NCBI GenBank assembly: GCA_964550085.1
Contig: CAZJXR010000002.1
Location: 1 to 60,403 of the forward strand
DNA: 60,403 bases
Direction of reading: 5' to 3'
Source of the DNA: an uncultured Gemmatimonadota bacterium
GTDB taxonomy: Bacteria; Gemmatimonadota; Gemmatimonadetes; Palauibacterales; Palauibacteraceae
The notes beneath the pieces were generated by a model. The model had not been told where the DNA came from. It was given only the letters and a program-made list of their open reading frames with translations, and did not search any database. The translations under genes and the position numbers were made by a program. Below are positions 21,960-30,661 of the stretch, one piece after another (position 1 is the first letter of the stretch; every line of letters starts with the position of its first letter).

Positions 21960-22175
21960 TCAGTCCGTACCGCCCGTCCGCCGCTTGACCAGTCGATACT
22001 CGATGCCGCCCGATTCCAGGGTTTCGAGAGCGATGGTCGTGAGCTTATCCGCGCCGTAGGGCGAGCGCTCGAGCGGCAGCGCGTTCAGCTCGCGCGCGTA
22101 CTTGGCGGCCACCAGCACACCGAGGTATTTGTTGCCCGCCACGCGCTCGAGCTCTTTGGGAGTGAACACTTTCAT
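21960..22175 (-). CDS. rpoZ: DNA-directed RNA polymerase subunit omega
   Basis: Likely start MKVFTPKELERVAGNKYLGVLVAAKYAREL. ~71 aa, NKY..V...A.RAR-like omega motif, in the conserved gmk-rpoZ-coaBC arrangement. Confidence 0.75.
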   Translation of the reverse strand: MKVFTPKELERVAGNKYLGVLVAAKYARELNALPLERSPYGADKLTTIALETLESGGIEYRLVKRRTGGTD

Positions 22176-22264
22176 CGTTCTATGACTCGCTTTCCATCCA
22201 TTCTTCTGCCACACCATGGTCCCGGGGATCGGTCGACCGGGTGACCAATGCCGAACGCAACAAG

Positions 22265-22942
22265 CTAACTGTTCGGATCACCGACTGACAGCGCGGCACG
22301 AAGTTCCTCTGCCAATTGCGCCGATCTCTCACGAGCCGCGTCGCGTATGCGGTCGACCCGGCAGCGCTCCGCTTCCAGGATCGTCTCGACCGTGCGCACC
22401 GCGAGCTCAAGAGAATCGTTCACCACCAGATAATCGAACGTTCCCACCTCTGCCAGCTCGCGCACGGCGGTGTCGAGCCGACGACTGATCGTAGCGGGAT
22501 CTTCGCTTCCGCGTCGGCGCAGACGCTCGATCACCTGGTCGACGCCGGGCGGCAGGAGAAACACGCTCACCGTCTCGGGAACCGACTGCCGCACCGACCG
22601 CGCGCCCTGCACGTCGATGTCCAGCAACAGGTGCACGCCACCTGCGGCCGCCTGGTCGAGATTGTAGCGGGGAGTCCCGTACAGATGGCCGTGGACCTCG
22701 GCCCACTCGAGGAGCAGGCCATCCCGGATCAGACGCTCGAACAATCCGCGCGTCATGAACTGATAATCGACGCCTTCGCGTTCGTCCGGGCGCGGCGGTC
22801 GCGTGGTGGCCGAGACGGAAAAGCGCACGTCGTCGCGGTGCCGGACGAGGGCGTGGGCCACAGTGGTCTTGCCGCTGCCCGAGGGCCCCGCCAGGACGAG
22901 GGGGAACGGTCGGGCGACAAGTGGGGCCGCCGTGTTCGTCAT
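22265..22942 (-). CDS. gmk: guanylate kinase
   Basis: LAGPSGSGKTT P-loop, SATTRPPRP.E..GVDY.F, E.A.V.G..YGT. Confidence 0.95.
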   Translation of the reverse strand: MTNTAAPLVARPFPLVLAGPSGSGKTTVAHALVRHRDDVRFSVSATTRPPRPDEREGVDYQFMTRGLFERLIRDGLLLEWAEVHGHLYGTPRYNLDQAAAGGVHLLLDIDVQGARSVRQSVPETVSVFLLPPGVDQVIERLRRRGSEDPATISRRLDTAVRELAEVGTFDYLVVNDSLELAVRTVETILEAERCRVDRIRDAARERSAQLAEELRAALSVGDPNS

Positions 22943-22949
22943 CGAGCCT

Positions 22950-23831
22950 TCACTCGACGTTCTCCACCTGTTCGCGCAGGCTCTCGAGCGCGTTCTTCAT
23001 CTCCACCACCTCGCGCGTAATGCGGGCATCGTTCGCCTTCGCCCCCAGAGTGTTGATCTCCCGGTGCAACTCCTGCAACAGGAAACCGAGACGCTTGCCT
23101 ACCGGCTCCGACGCGGGCGCCTCCAAAAGCTCCACGAAGGCGGTGATATGCGCGCCGGCGCGCACCACCTCCTCGCTCACGTCCCACCGATCCGCGATCA
23201 ACGCGATCTCGCGTGCGAGCCGGTCCTCGTCGAGCGCCACGTCCGCACCCAGCTCGGCGACTGCCGCGCGCAATCGCTCGCGCTCGCGTTTCAGTCGCTC
23301 CGGAATCAGGGGCGTGATGCGGGCGAAGCCGTCCGATATCTGTTTGACGAGCGTGCGGAGCTCGTTTTCGAGCCGCATCCCCTCCTGTTCCCGCATCCGG
23401 ACCAGCTCGTCGAGCGCACGTCGCGCGACCTCCAGGATCTCCTTCTCCTCCACCCGCTCGGTCGGGCCGGTCTTCCGATCCGTGAACAGGGATCCGAGGC
23501 TGGCGACCAGGGGGAGGTCCACGCGACCCGGGAGCTGGTAGCGTTCCCGCAGCCCCTCCAGCGCCTCGATCAACGCCCCTGCCCGTGCCTCGTCCAGTTG
23601 CACCTCCGCCAGCCCGGGCCGCTCGTCCGTTCGAACCGAGGCGTCGACCTGGCCCCGGTGCAGGCGCTCCGAGATGAGCCCCCGCAGCGGGGCCTCCCAC
23701 GCCTCCGCCCCGGTCGGAAGTCGGAAGCCCAGCTTCAGGTGCCGGGAGTTCACCGAGCGGAGCTCGACGGTGACGGAAGCCCGTTCCCCCTCGCGGCTCG
23801 CCGCACCGAATCCCGTCATGCTGCGTATCAT
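22950..23831 (-). CDS. yicC: YicC-family stress-induced protein (putative endoribonuclease)
   Basis: MIRSMTGFG......V.VELRSVNSRHL N-terminal signature and C-terminal GFLLQELHREINTLGAKAND. Confidence 0.9.
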   Translation of the reverse strand: MIRSMTGFGAASREGERASVTVELRSVNSRHLKLGFRLPTGAEAWEAPLRGLISERLHRGQVDASVRTDERPGLAEVQLDEARAGALIEALEGLRERYQLPGRVDLPLVASLGSLFTDRKTGPTERVEEKEILEVARRALDELVRMREQEGMRLENELRTLVKQISDGFARITPLIPERLKRERERLRAAVAELGADVALDEDRLAREIALIADRWDVSEEVVRAGAHITAFVELLEAPASEPVGKRLGFLLQELHREINTLGAKANDARITREVVEMKNALESLREQVENVE

Positions 23832-23855
23832 CGCGCGGTCAAGCTAAGGAGTGAA

Positions 23856-25760
23856 TCAGTTGAGGAACACCCATTTCGCACCGATCGACCAGCGACTGAG
23901 CGGGTAGGGGATGCCGGCGATGTCCTCCACCGTGTACCGGGTGATGTTGTCGACCCGGAACCAGAGGCGGAAGTCCCTCACCCTCAGCCCCGTATCGAAT
24001 CCGAGCTGATTCAGCGACCCGACCGGCACCGGAGTGTCGACGCCGGGGCTGGATGATTGCATGGCGCTACGATAGACCCACACCAGGCCCAGGTGCAGGT
24101 GAAGGTTGTCACGGAAGAACGCCTCGGTCCACCCGAAACGAGCGACGGTGAGGTTCTCCGGGGTGTAGATGAGCGTCGTTCCGCTCGGCAGCAGGTTGTG
24201 TCGGAAGAAGCCACTCAGGGTGATCGGGCTCCAGCCCCGAATGAGCGCGCCGACGGGAATCACCGGGCCGCTGAACGTCAACTCGACGGCGCTCAGGCTG
24301 GGATTCACCACGTCCAACACCAGCCCCTGGTCGAACGGCGCGTCGAACGCAAGCTGACGACTCTGACCCTGATAGGCGAAACGCTGGCCGACCACGAATG
24401 GTCCGAGCCTCTGGGTGGCGGAGACGGCGATCCCATCGAAGCTGACACTGTCCGCGTCATCCGAGGACGGCTGGGTGACCCCACGGCTTCCGGTCGCCGC
24501 GTCGGCACGCAGTTGGAGCGGGAAGCCGACGTCCGCATCCAGAGCGAGGCCACCGCGGGCCGAGGCGGTCGAAAAGTCGTCCCAGGATGCGAGCTCCCCG
24601 CCGACCTCGAGACTCAGCCCGCCGACGATCCGCACCCCCCCGTCCGCCCAGCCGACCAACGAGGGGTACGCCGCCCCGGTCGTCCCCCGCACGCCGCCGC
24701 GCGCGTAGCCGCGCTCGAACGAGCTCGCGAGCGTGAAGGCCCCCTGATCCACCTTCACCAGCGTCGAGTCCTCGACCTTGAGATCGCTGCGCGCGGCGGT
24801 CAGCTCGGCCTGGATCCGATCGGACAGGTCCGCGCGCGCGCGTAGCACGAGGCTGCGCCGGTCCCCGTTGAGCGTGTCGGCAGCCCCCCGTTCGATGGAC
24901 TCGCTGTTCCATTCAAGCTCCACACCCCACCGGTTGCTGAACGGCATCCATGCCGCATTACCCCAGAACCGAAGCTGGTTGCTCTCTTGGCCGGTGGGAG
25001 AAGCGTTCAACAGGTCGATGCCGACGCCGATGGTGACGGCGCGCCCGAAGCCGTTGGTGAACACGCCCCGCAGCACTTGCAGGTCGGGATCACCCGCCGC
25101 CGAGGTGAGGCGGGCGTAAGCCACGGAATCCGCCTGACGCTTCTCTTCGATCTCGATCTCGAGACCCGAAGCGCGCCGGATGACTCGCACCCGCTCCAGA
25201 GTCACGAGCGGGATGCTCGCCAGGTCCACCTCTCCCGACTCGAGCGGTGTCAGCTCCCGGCCGTTGCGACGGACAGTCACGAATCCCGGGGCGAAGATGC
25301 CGTCCAGCAGCTGATGAGGACCGGAGAAGAACCCGGCCCGGATGGGTGTGATGCCGGGAGCTCGCGCGGTGAGCAGGTCGATCAATGTCCAGGAGGGCGC
25401 GCCCAGCAGCTCCTCCAGACCCCAGGCGTACGCTTCATACGAGAAGCCCGAGTCCGGAAGCTGCTGGCGGGCCGGAAAGGCCGGGACCCGACCCGGCTTG
25501 CCCACCGTGTCGGGCGGTGGCACGGCGGGGGTCGAGTCCGGGACGGCCGCCACAGAGTCCGCTGCCAGAGTGTCGACCGCGAGGGAGTCGGCCGGGACAG
25601 AATCCGGGACAGCGGGCAGCGAATCGGGCGCCGCGGCCAGCGAGTCGGGGCCGGCGACCGAGTCCGGCGCCGCTTCCGGCTCCTGCGCCGCCAGCCCCGG
25701 CGGAGTCCCGGCGAGCATCAGGCAGCCGAGGGCCACCGCGCACCCCCCGGCCCGCCTCAC
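23856..25760 (-). CDS. outer-membrane beta-barrel protein with TonB-dependent-receptor plug-like domain and N-terminal (A/V)PDS(V/L) repeat tract
   Basis: Signal peptide (ALGCLMLAGTPPGLAAQ) and a repeat tract APDSVAGPDSLAAAPDSLPAVPDSVPADSLAVDTLAADSVAAVPDS. A plug-like segment follows (LIDLLTARAPGI...VTVRRNGREL...VDLASIPLVTLERVRVIR). After that come ~430 aa of alternating beta-strand pattern ending ...IGAKWVFLN. Confidence 0.55.
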   Translation of the reverse strand: MRRAGGCAVALGCLMLAGTPPGLAAQEPEAAPDSVAGPDSLAAAPDSLPAVPDSVPADSLAVDTLAADSVAAVPDSTPAVPPPDTVGKPGRVPAFPARQQLPDSGFSYEAYAWGLEELLGAPSWTLIDLLTARAPGITPIRAGFFSGPHQLLDGIFAPGFVTVRRNGRELTPLESGEVDLASIPLVTLERVRVIRRASGLEIEIEEKRQADSVAYARLTSAAGDPDLQVLRGVFTNGFGRAVTIGVGIDLLNASPTGQESNQLRFWGNAAWMPFSNRWGVELEWNSESIERGAADTLNGDRRSLVLRARADLSDRIQAELTAARSDLKVEDSTLVKVDQGAFTLASSFERGYARGGVRGTTGAAYPSLVGWADGGVRIVGGLSLEVGGELASWDDFSTASARGGLALDADVGFPLQLRADAATGSRGVTQPSSDDADSVSFDGIAVSATQRLGPFVVGQRFAYQGQSRQLAFDAPFDQGLVLDVVNPSLSAVELTFSGPVIPVGALIRGWSPITLSGFFRHNLLPSGTTLIYTPENLTVARFGWTEAFFRDNLHLHLGLVWVYRSAMQSSSPGVDTPVPVGSLNQLGFDTGLRVRDFRLWFRVDNITRYTVEDIAGIPYPLSRWSIGAKWVFLN

Positions 25761-25797
25761 CGCCGGCCTAAAGTCGGCGACTCGGAGCGACCTCTCC

Positions 25798-27288
25798 TCA
25801 GCCGGCTGCGTTCAACCACTCGATGAGCAGGCGAACTCCGATACCTGTCGCTCCCTTGGGGTGGTACGGGAGCTCGTCTTCCGTCCACGCCGTTCCTGCG
25901 ATGTCGAGGTGCCCCCACGGATAGTCGCCCACGAACTCCTTCAGGAACAACCCCGCGGTAATGGTCGAAGCCGGTCTGCCGCCTGTATTCTTGATGTCCG
26001 CGATGCTCGAATCGAGCTGTTTCCGGTACTCGGGCCACAGCGGCAGGCGCCACACGCGCTCTCCGGTCTGCTCACCGGCCGTCGTCAGGGCGGCGGCGAG
26101 ATCATCGTTCGGGCTCATCATGCCGATGGCGTGGTGACCGAGCGCGATCACGCACGCGCCGGTCAGAGTGGCGACGTCGATCACGGCCTGCGGCTGCAAT
26201 CGGTTCGCGTAGGCGATCGCGTCCGAGAGAATCAGGCGTCCCTCCGCGTCCGTGTTGTCCACCTCGATCGAGATCCCGGCCAGCCCGCGTATGACATCAC
26301 CAGGCTTGATCGCACGACCCGATGGCAGGTTCTCGGTCGCCGGGATCAGGCCCACCACGCGCCGGGCAAGTCCGAGCTCCGCCGCCGCTCGCAGAGCGCC
26401 GAGCACGGCGGCGGCACCCGCCATGTCGTACTTCATGTCCGCCATGCCCGCTGCCGGCTTCAGAGACAGGCCTCCTGCGTCGAAGGTGACACCTTTCCCG
26501 ATGAGGACGAACGGCGGCTCGTCGGCGCCGGCATGTTCGAGGAGGATGAAGCGCGGCTCCTGTTCTGAGCCACGGGCCACGGCCAGGATGGCCCCGAAGC
26601 CGAGCTCCCGCAGCCGGTCGGGGCCCCATGACTGGACCTGGAGCCCCGACCGCTCGCCGAGCTGCTCGGCTTGGATCGACAGGTAGGTCGGAGTGGCCAC
26701 GTTGCCCGGTCGCGTCACCAGCCCGCGGGCGTAATTCTGTGCGTCGGCCAGCGTCCGTCCGCGCAAGACGGCAGCCTCGGCTCCGGAGCTCACCACCGGG
26801 ATGAGTACCACCGCCCGCTCGGGCAGCGGGTTGAGCTTCTCCCGACCGGCCTCGCCCCGCAGATCATCGAACGACCAATCGCCGAGCATCAACCCCTCCG
26901 CCGCGGCCTGCGCGGCGGCCGGCCACGAAACCCGCTCGCCGATCCGGGGATCGACGAGCAGCGCCAGCGATGTCTGTCGCTTCGCCCGCGCCGCTCTCAT
27001 CGCGACCCCCGCCATCTGACGAACCGCATCGGCATGAACGCCAGACAGCTCCCCTGCCCCGACCGCCAGCAGATGCGGCACGGCGGGACGGTCGCTCGCG
27101 ATCAGTTCCGTCGCGTTGGGGTCTGGACGAAAGCCGCCGCTGGTCAGAAGATGGTCGAGCGCCCGCACCAGCCGCTCGTCGATGATCGCGCGGAGCTCCT
27201 CGAGTCGGGCCTCGTGGGGAAGGAGCACGGCCAGCATGTCGGCGTCCACCGGACCCGGTGGACCGGAGCGAACATCGATGCGGCGCAC
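25798..27288 (-). CDS. pepA: leucyl aminopeptidase (M17)
   Basis: GKGVTFDAGGLSLKP, MKYDMAGAAAVLG, NTDAEGRL.L.D, TLTGA. GTG start at 27288. Confidence 0.95.
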   Translation of the reverse strand: MRRIDVRSGPPGPVDADMLAVLLPHEARLEELRAIIDERLVRALDHLLTSGGFRPDPNATELIASDRPAVPHLLAVGAGELSGVHADAVRQMAGVAMRAARAKRQTSLALLVDPRIGERVSWPAAAQAAAEGLMLGDWSFDDLRGEAGREKLNPLPERAVVLIPVVSSGAEAAVLRGRTLADAQNYARGLVTRPGNVATPTYLSIQAEQLGERSGLQVQSWGPDRLRELGFGAILAVARGSEQEPRFILLEHAGADEPPFVLIGKGVTFDAGGLSLKPAAGMADMKYDMAGAAAVLGALRAAAELGLARRVVGLIPATENLPSGRAIKPGDVIRGLAGISIEVDNTDAEGRLILSDAIAYANRLQPQAVIDVATLTGACVIALGHHAIGMMSPNDDLAAALTTAGEQTGERVWRLPLWPEYRKQLDSSIADIKNTGGRPASTITAGLFLKEFVGDYPWGHLDIAGTAWTEDELPYHPKGATGIGVRLLIEWLNAAG

Positions 27289-27384
27289 AGCTTATCCCTC
27301 CTCGCTCGGAGCCCCGTGCCGCGACGCGCGCCTACTCGGACTGGCTCTCGGGCCGTGTGGGTCGATGTCGTGCGTTCAGAGCAC

Positions 27385-27433
27385 AAAAAAACGGGGGGTG
27401 CAACGATCCGGCAAGCGGGTCGCTGCACCCCCC
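27385..27433 (-). terminator. rho-independent terminator of the small gene 27453..27731
   Basis: On the minus strand: GGGGGGTGCA - 21-nt loop - TGCACCCCCC (perfect 10-bp GC-rich stem, 27393-27402 / 27424-27433). It is followed by C then TTTTTTT (A-run 27385-27391 on plus) and sits 20 nt after the stop codon. Confidence 0.75.
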
Positions 27434-27452
27434 GGAGGGTGCCGGGATCGAC

Positions 27453-27731
27453 TCAGAGCACCGGATCCGGCACGGCGGTCATGAATTCCGACTCGAGGTC
27501 CTCCGAGCTCAGCGCGTCGAATGCGCCCGACGGCAGTTTTGCACGACGCTGCGGCTGCCTCGGATCGGAGAAACACACAAAAATGACCGATTCGTAGTCC
27601 TGATCGAGCTCTCTCTTCTTCAAGCTCTTCGCCTTCTTCGACTTTGGTTCGGGTTCCGGCCAGAACACATCACGAGTGGCAAGCCACGCCTTCCACTGCC
27701 TCCCGTCTCGATCTCTGAAGTGTTTGGTCAT
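27453..27731 (-). CDS. hypothetical small Lys/Glu-rich protein (92 aa), monocistronic
   Basis: ORF MTKHFRDRDGRQWKAWLATRDVFWPEPEPKSKKAKSLKKRELDQDYESVIFVCFSDPRQPQRRAKLPSGAFDALSSEDLESEFMTA... It has its own terminator downstream and an AT-rich region upstream. Confidence 0.6.
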   Translation of the reverse strand: MTKHFRDRDGRQWKAWLATRDVFWPEPEPKSKKAKSLKKRELDQDYESVIFVCFSDPRQPQRRAKLPSGAFDALSSEDLESEFMTAVPDPVL

Positions 27732-27823
27732 CTGTCCCTCGGGTTCTATGTGGACTCGGTACAGCCGGGCGATTGCAGGCGGGATAAAGCGACACCTAAT
27801 TTAGCCGCCCTGGCCGGGCTTGT

Positions 27824-27897
27824 CCACTTTTTATCGATTTCACTTTACATAGAACAAAGTAACTTGTTGTAACCAAACATAATATACAACTTGTACC
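27824..27897. promoter_or_regulatory. AT-rich island in the divergent intergenic region (probable promoter/operator region)
   Basis: 74 nt with 22 G+C by my count (~30%) in a ~2/3 GC genome. Contains repeated AACTTGT (x2) and CACTTT (x2). The minus strand reads TATGTTTG (27881-27874), which fits the TAnnTTTG -7 box described for Bacteroidota-type sigma-A promoters. Confidence 0.4.
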
Positions 27898-28025
27898 GCT
27901 CGCGACACCGGCCGGCTCGGGGCGGCGTTTCGCGACGCGCTGGTGCGCCGGCGCGGCCACGTGGACGAGTCGACTGGCAGCAGGCCGGCCGGGCATCCCA
28001 CACAGTCAACACTCAGGAGGCGCCT

Positions 28026-29057
28026 ATGCCACCCGCCACATCATCGCCACCCCCGACCGCCTCGTTGCTCGCTCGGGCGGCTTGTCTGGGAATCGTCGCC
28101 TCGCTGGCGGGTCTCGCCCCCCTCGTCGCGCAGACCCGGGCCCAGCGACCGGCGTTCACCTATTCGATCGTCGCTCACGACTCGGCGACCGGGCAGCTGG
28201 GGGTTGCGGTGCAGTCGCATTGGTTCTCGGTCGGCTCCGGAGTCACCTGGGCTCGCGCCGGGATCGGGGCGGTGGCGACTCAGTCGTTCATCGACCCCTC
28301 CTATGGCGCGTTGGGGCTGGACATGATGGCGGTGGGAAAGTCAGCGCCCGAGGCGCTGGCGGGACTGGTGAAAGCGGATGCGCATCCCGAGGGTCGCCAG
28401 GTGGGGATGGTCGATTCCGAAGGCCGAACCGCCACCTATACCGGGGAGCTGGCCATCGCGGAGGCGTGTGATACGGTCGGACCCGGCTTCACGGTTCAGG
28501 CGAATCTGATGATGAAGGGAACGGTGTGTGACGCGATGGTGCGGGCGTACACCCAGACGAGCGGCGACCTGGCTGAAAGGTTGCTCGCCGCACTGGAGGC
28601 CGCGCAGGGCGAGGGGGGTGATCTTCGGGGCAAGCAGTCGGCCGCCCTGCTGGTGGTGTCGGCCGTGCCGACGGGCAAGCCATGGGCGGATCGGCTGTTC
28701 GATCTGCGGGTCGAGGACCACACCGAGCCCCTGCGCGAGCTGCGCCGCCTAGTGACCGTGGCGCGAGCCTACCAGCACATGCAGGCCGGGGACGATCACC
28801 TCGTCGAAGGCGACATCGAGGGTGCGCTGGAGGAGTACAGCGCGGCCGAGCGCATTCTGCCTGATCGATCGGAGCCGATATTTTGGCATGCGGTTACGCT
28901 GGCTGGCGTCGGCCGCGTCGACGAGGCCCTCCCGCTGTTCAGGCGGGCGTTCGAGATGTTCCCGGACTGGCGGATTCTGGTGCCTCGCTTGCCGGCGGCA
29001 GGCATCCTGCCGGACGACGAGACGCTGTTGAACAGGATCGTGTCGGAGGGTCGGTAG
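28026..29057 (+). CDS. secreted DUF1028-family (Ntn-hydrolase-like) protein with C-terminal TPR-like helical extension
   Basis: AGGAGG lies 6 nt before ATG 28026, followed by a signal peptide. TYSIVAHDSATGQLGVAVQSHWFSVGS..W...G.GAVATQSF matches the DUF1028 N-terminal pattern (T-[YF]-S-I-[VI]A.D). The track ORF from 27891 is over-extended. Confidence 0.8.
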   Translation: MPPATSSPPPTASLLARAACLGIVASLAGLAPLVAQTRAQRPAFTYSIVAHDSATGQLGVAVQSHWFSVGSGVTWARAGIGAVATQSFIDPSYGALGLDMMAVGKSAPEALAGLVKADAHPEGRQVGMVDSEGRTATYTGELAIAEACDTVGPGFTVQANLMMKGTVCDAMVRAYTQTSGDLAERLLAALEAAQGEGGDLRGKQSAALLVVSAVPTGKPWADRLFDLRVEDHTEPLRELRRLVTVARAYQHMQAGDDHLVEGDIEGALEEYSAAERILPDRSEPIFWHAVTLAGVGRVDEALPLFRRAFEMFPDWRILVPRLPAAGILPDDETLLNRIVSEGR

Positions 29058-29072
29058 GAGCGGGTCCGCCGT

Positions 29073-29168
29073 TCAGTCGTCGAGTCCGGGAAGGCGGCAG
29101 CCGAACGCGAAGCCGGCAGCGAGACCGGCGATCAGAACCACCAGAAGCAACGTCACCAGAATGTACAT
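29073..29168 (-). CDS. candidate 31-aa hydrophobic mini-protein
   Basis: Below the ORF-track size cutoff. The minus strand reads GAGGGGCGA-ATG TAC ATT..., translating MYILVTLLLVVLIAGLAAGFAFGCRLPGLDD*. That is one TM helix with an SD-like GAGGGG 3 nt upstream and GC-rich third codon positions. Confidence 0.3.
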   Translation of the reverse strand: MYILVTLLLVVLIAGLAAGFAFGCRLPGLDD

Positions 29169-29402
29169 TCGCCCCTCATGGGTAGGCGGACGGGGGCATA
29201 CGGGACGATACAAGGATGGGGAATGGAAGGGGGGCTGTCCAGCCCTTGCCCGGGAGCGGCGACGGTCCGTAGAGCGCCGCCCCGGCTGGCGCGGCAGCCG
29301 TCGGGCTCACCAGATTGCGGATCGGACGAAACTCGCAAGCACGGTCCTCGGTCGGGAGTCTGCCCGGGGGGCCGAGACGGCACCGTAACAGCGAGGTTTT
29401 TT

Positions 29403-30620
29403 ATGCGTAATGCGGATTTTGTTCGAGACGCGGAGGAGTGGAGCGCGAGCAACTACCATCCGCTCCCGGTCGTGCTGGAGCGCGGCGAGGGTTGCTGGGT
29501 GTGGGACGTGGAAGGTCGACGATACCTGGACATGCTGAGCGCCTACTCGGCTCTCAATCAGGGGCACCGCCACCCCCGCATTATCGCGGCGCTCGAAGAG
29601 CAGGCGGCGCGAATCACATTGACCTCGCGAGCGTTCCACAACGACCAGATGGGACCGTTCCTGGCCGAGCTGTGCGCGGCCACCGGCTTCGCTAAGGCGC
29701 TGCCCATGAACACGGGGGCGGAGGCGGTCGAAACGGCGATCAAGGCGGCTCGAAAGTGGGGGTACACGGTGAAGGGAGTGCGGCCCGGAACCGCCGAGAT
29801 CATAGTGTGTGAGAACAACTTCCACGGCCGAACGACAACCATCGTCGGGTTCTCGAGCGAGGAGCAGTACCGCGAGGGGTTCGGACCATTCACCCCCGGG
29901 TTTCGGCTCATCCCCTACGGCGACGCCGACGCCCTGGCGGCGGCGATCGGTCCGCGTACGGTCGGCTTCCTGGTCGAGCCGATTCAGGGCGAGGGAGGCG
30001 TCTCCATCCCGCCCGAAGGCTACTTCAAGCGCTGCGCGGAGATCTGCCGCGCGCACGATGTCCTCCTTCTCAACGACGAGATCCAGACAGGCCTCGGGCG
30101 AACCGGGCGCATGTTCTGCGGTGACTGGGAGGGGGAGCGCGGAGACATACTCATCGTCGGGAAGGCACTCGGCGGGGGCGTCTACCCGGTGTCAGCGATT
30201 CTGGCCGATGAGACGATCATGGACGTGTTCACCCCGGGCGATCACGGATCGACCTTCGGAGGCAACCCGCTGGGGGCAGCCGTCGGGCGAGCCGCCCTGT
30301 CGGTCATTCTCGACCAGGAGCTGGCGAGGCGCGCGGACGAGATCGGAAGCTGGTTCATGGACCGGCTACGCGAGATCGATTCTCCGCACATCCGGGAGGT
30401 GCGCGGGAAGGGGCTGATGATCGGCGTCGTGATCCGGGACGAGTCGGGGACGGCGCGTCCGTTCTGCGAGGCGCTGATGGAACGGGGCATACTGGCCAAG
30501 GAGACGCATCACCAGGTGATCCGGTTCGCGCCTCCGCTGGTGATCACCACCGAAGAGCTCGAACAGGCACTGCCCGCGATCGAAGAGGTCACTCAGGGCG
30601 AGGGCGTGGCGGTCGCCTGA
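29403..30620 (+). CDS. rocD: ornithine--oxo-acid aminotransferase (class III PLP aminotransferase)
   Basis: Start MRNADFVRDAEEWSASNYHPLPVVLERGEG.WVWDVEGRRYLDMLSAYSALNQGHRHP. MNTGAEAVE, NFHGRT, DEIQTGLGRTG, KALGGG (PLP Lys), HGSTFGGNPL. GAGG lies before ATG 29403. Confidence 0.9.
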   Translation: MRNADFVRDAEEWSASNYHPLPVVLERGEGCWVWDVEGRRYLDMLSAYSALNQGHRHPRIIAALEEQAARITLTSRAFHNDQMGPFLAELCAATGFAKALPMNTGAEAVETAIKAARKWGYTVKGVRPGTAEIIVCENNFHGRTTTIVGFSSEEQYREGFGPFTPGFRLIPYGDADALAAAIGPRTVGFLVEPIQGEGGVSIPPEGYFKRCAEICRAHDVLLLNDEIQTGLGRTGRMFCGDWEGERGDILIVGKALGGGVYPVSAILADETIMDVFTPGDHGSTFGGNPLGAAVGRAALSVILDQELARRADEIGSWFMDRLREIDSPHIREVRGKGLMIGVVIRDESGTARPFCEALMERGILAKETHHQVIRFAPPLVITTEELEQALPAIEEVTQGEGVAVA

Positions 30621-30661
30621 CCTGATCCGATCGCGGGCACGACGCGGCGCGCGGCCGCTCG

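Noticed and set aside
22803-24056. 417-aa plus-strand ORF opposite yicC/gmk, and similar long antisense or alternate-frame ORFs (394..1560, 8128..9273, 12002..13267, 12943..14013, 40793..42376, 42304..43689, 43035..44057)
   Set aside because: All overlap genes with strong family motifs on the other strand or frame. All have Arg/Pro/Gly-rich composition and no recognisable domains, so they are GC-content artefacts.
29169-29402. 234-nt leader upstream of rocD as a possible riboswitch
   Set aside because: It contains several GC hairpins, but I could not match any known riboswitch consensus. It may simply be the divergent promoter region shared with the mini-ORF.
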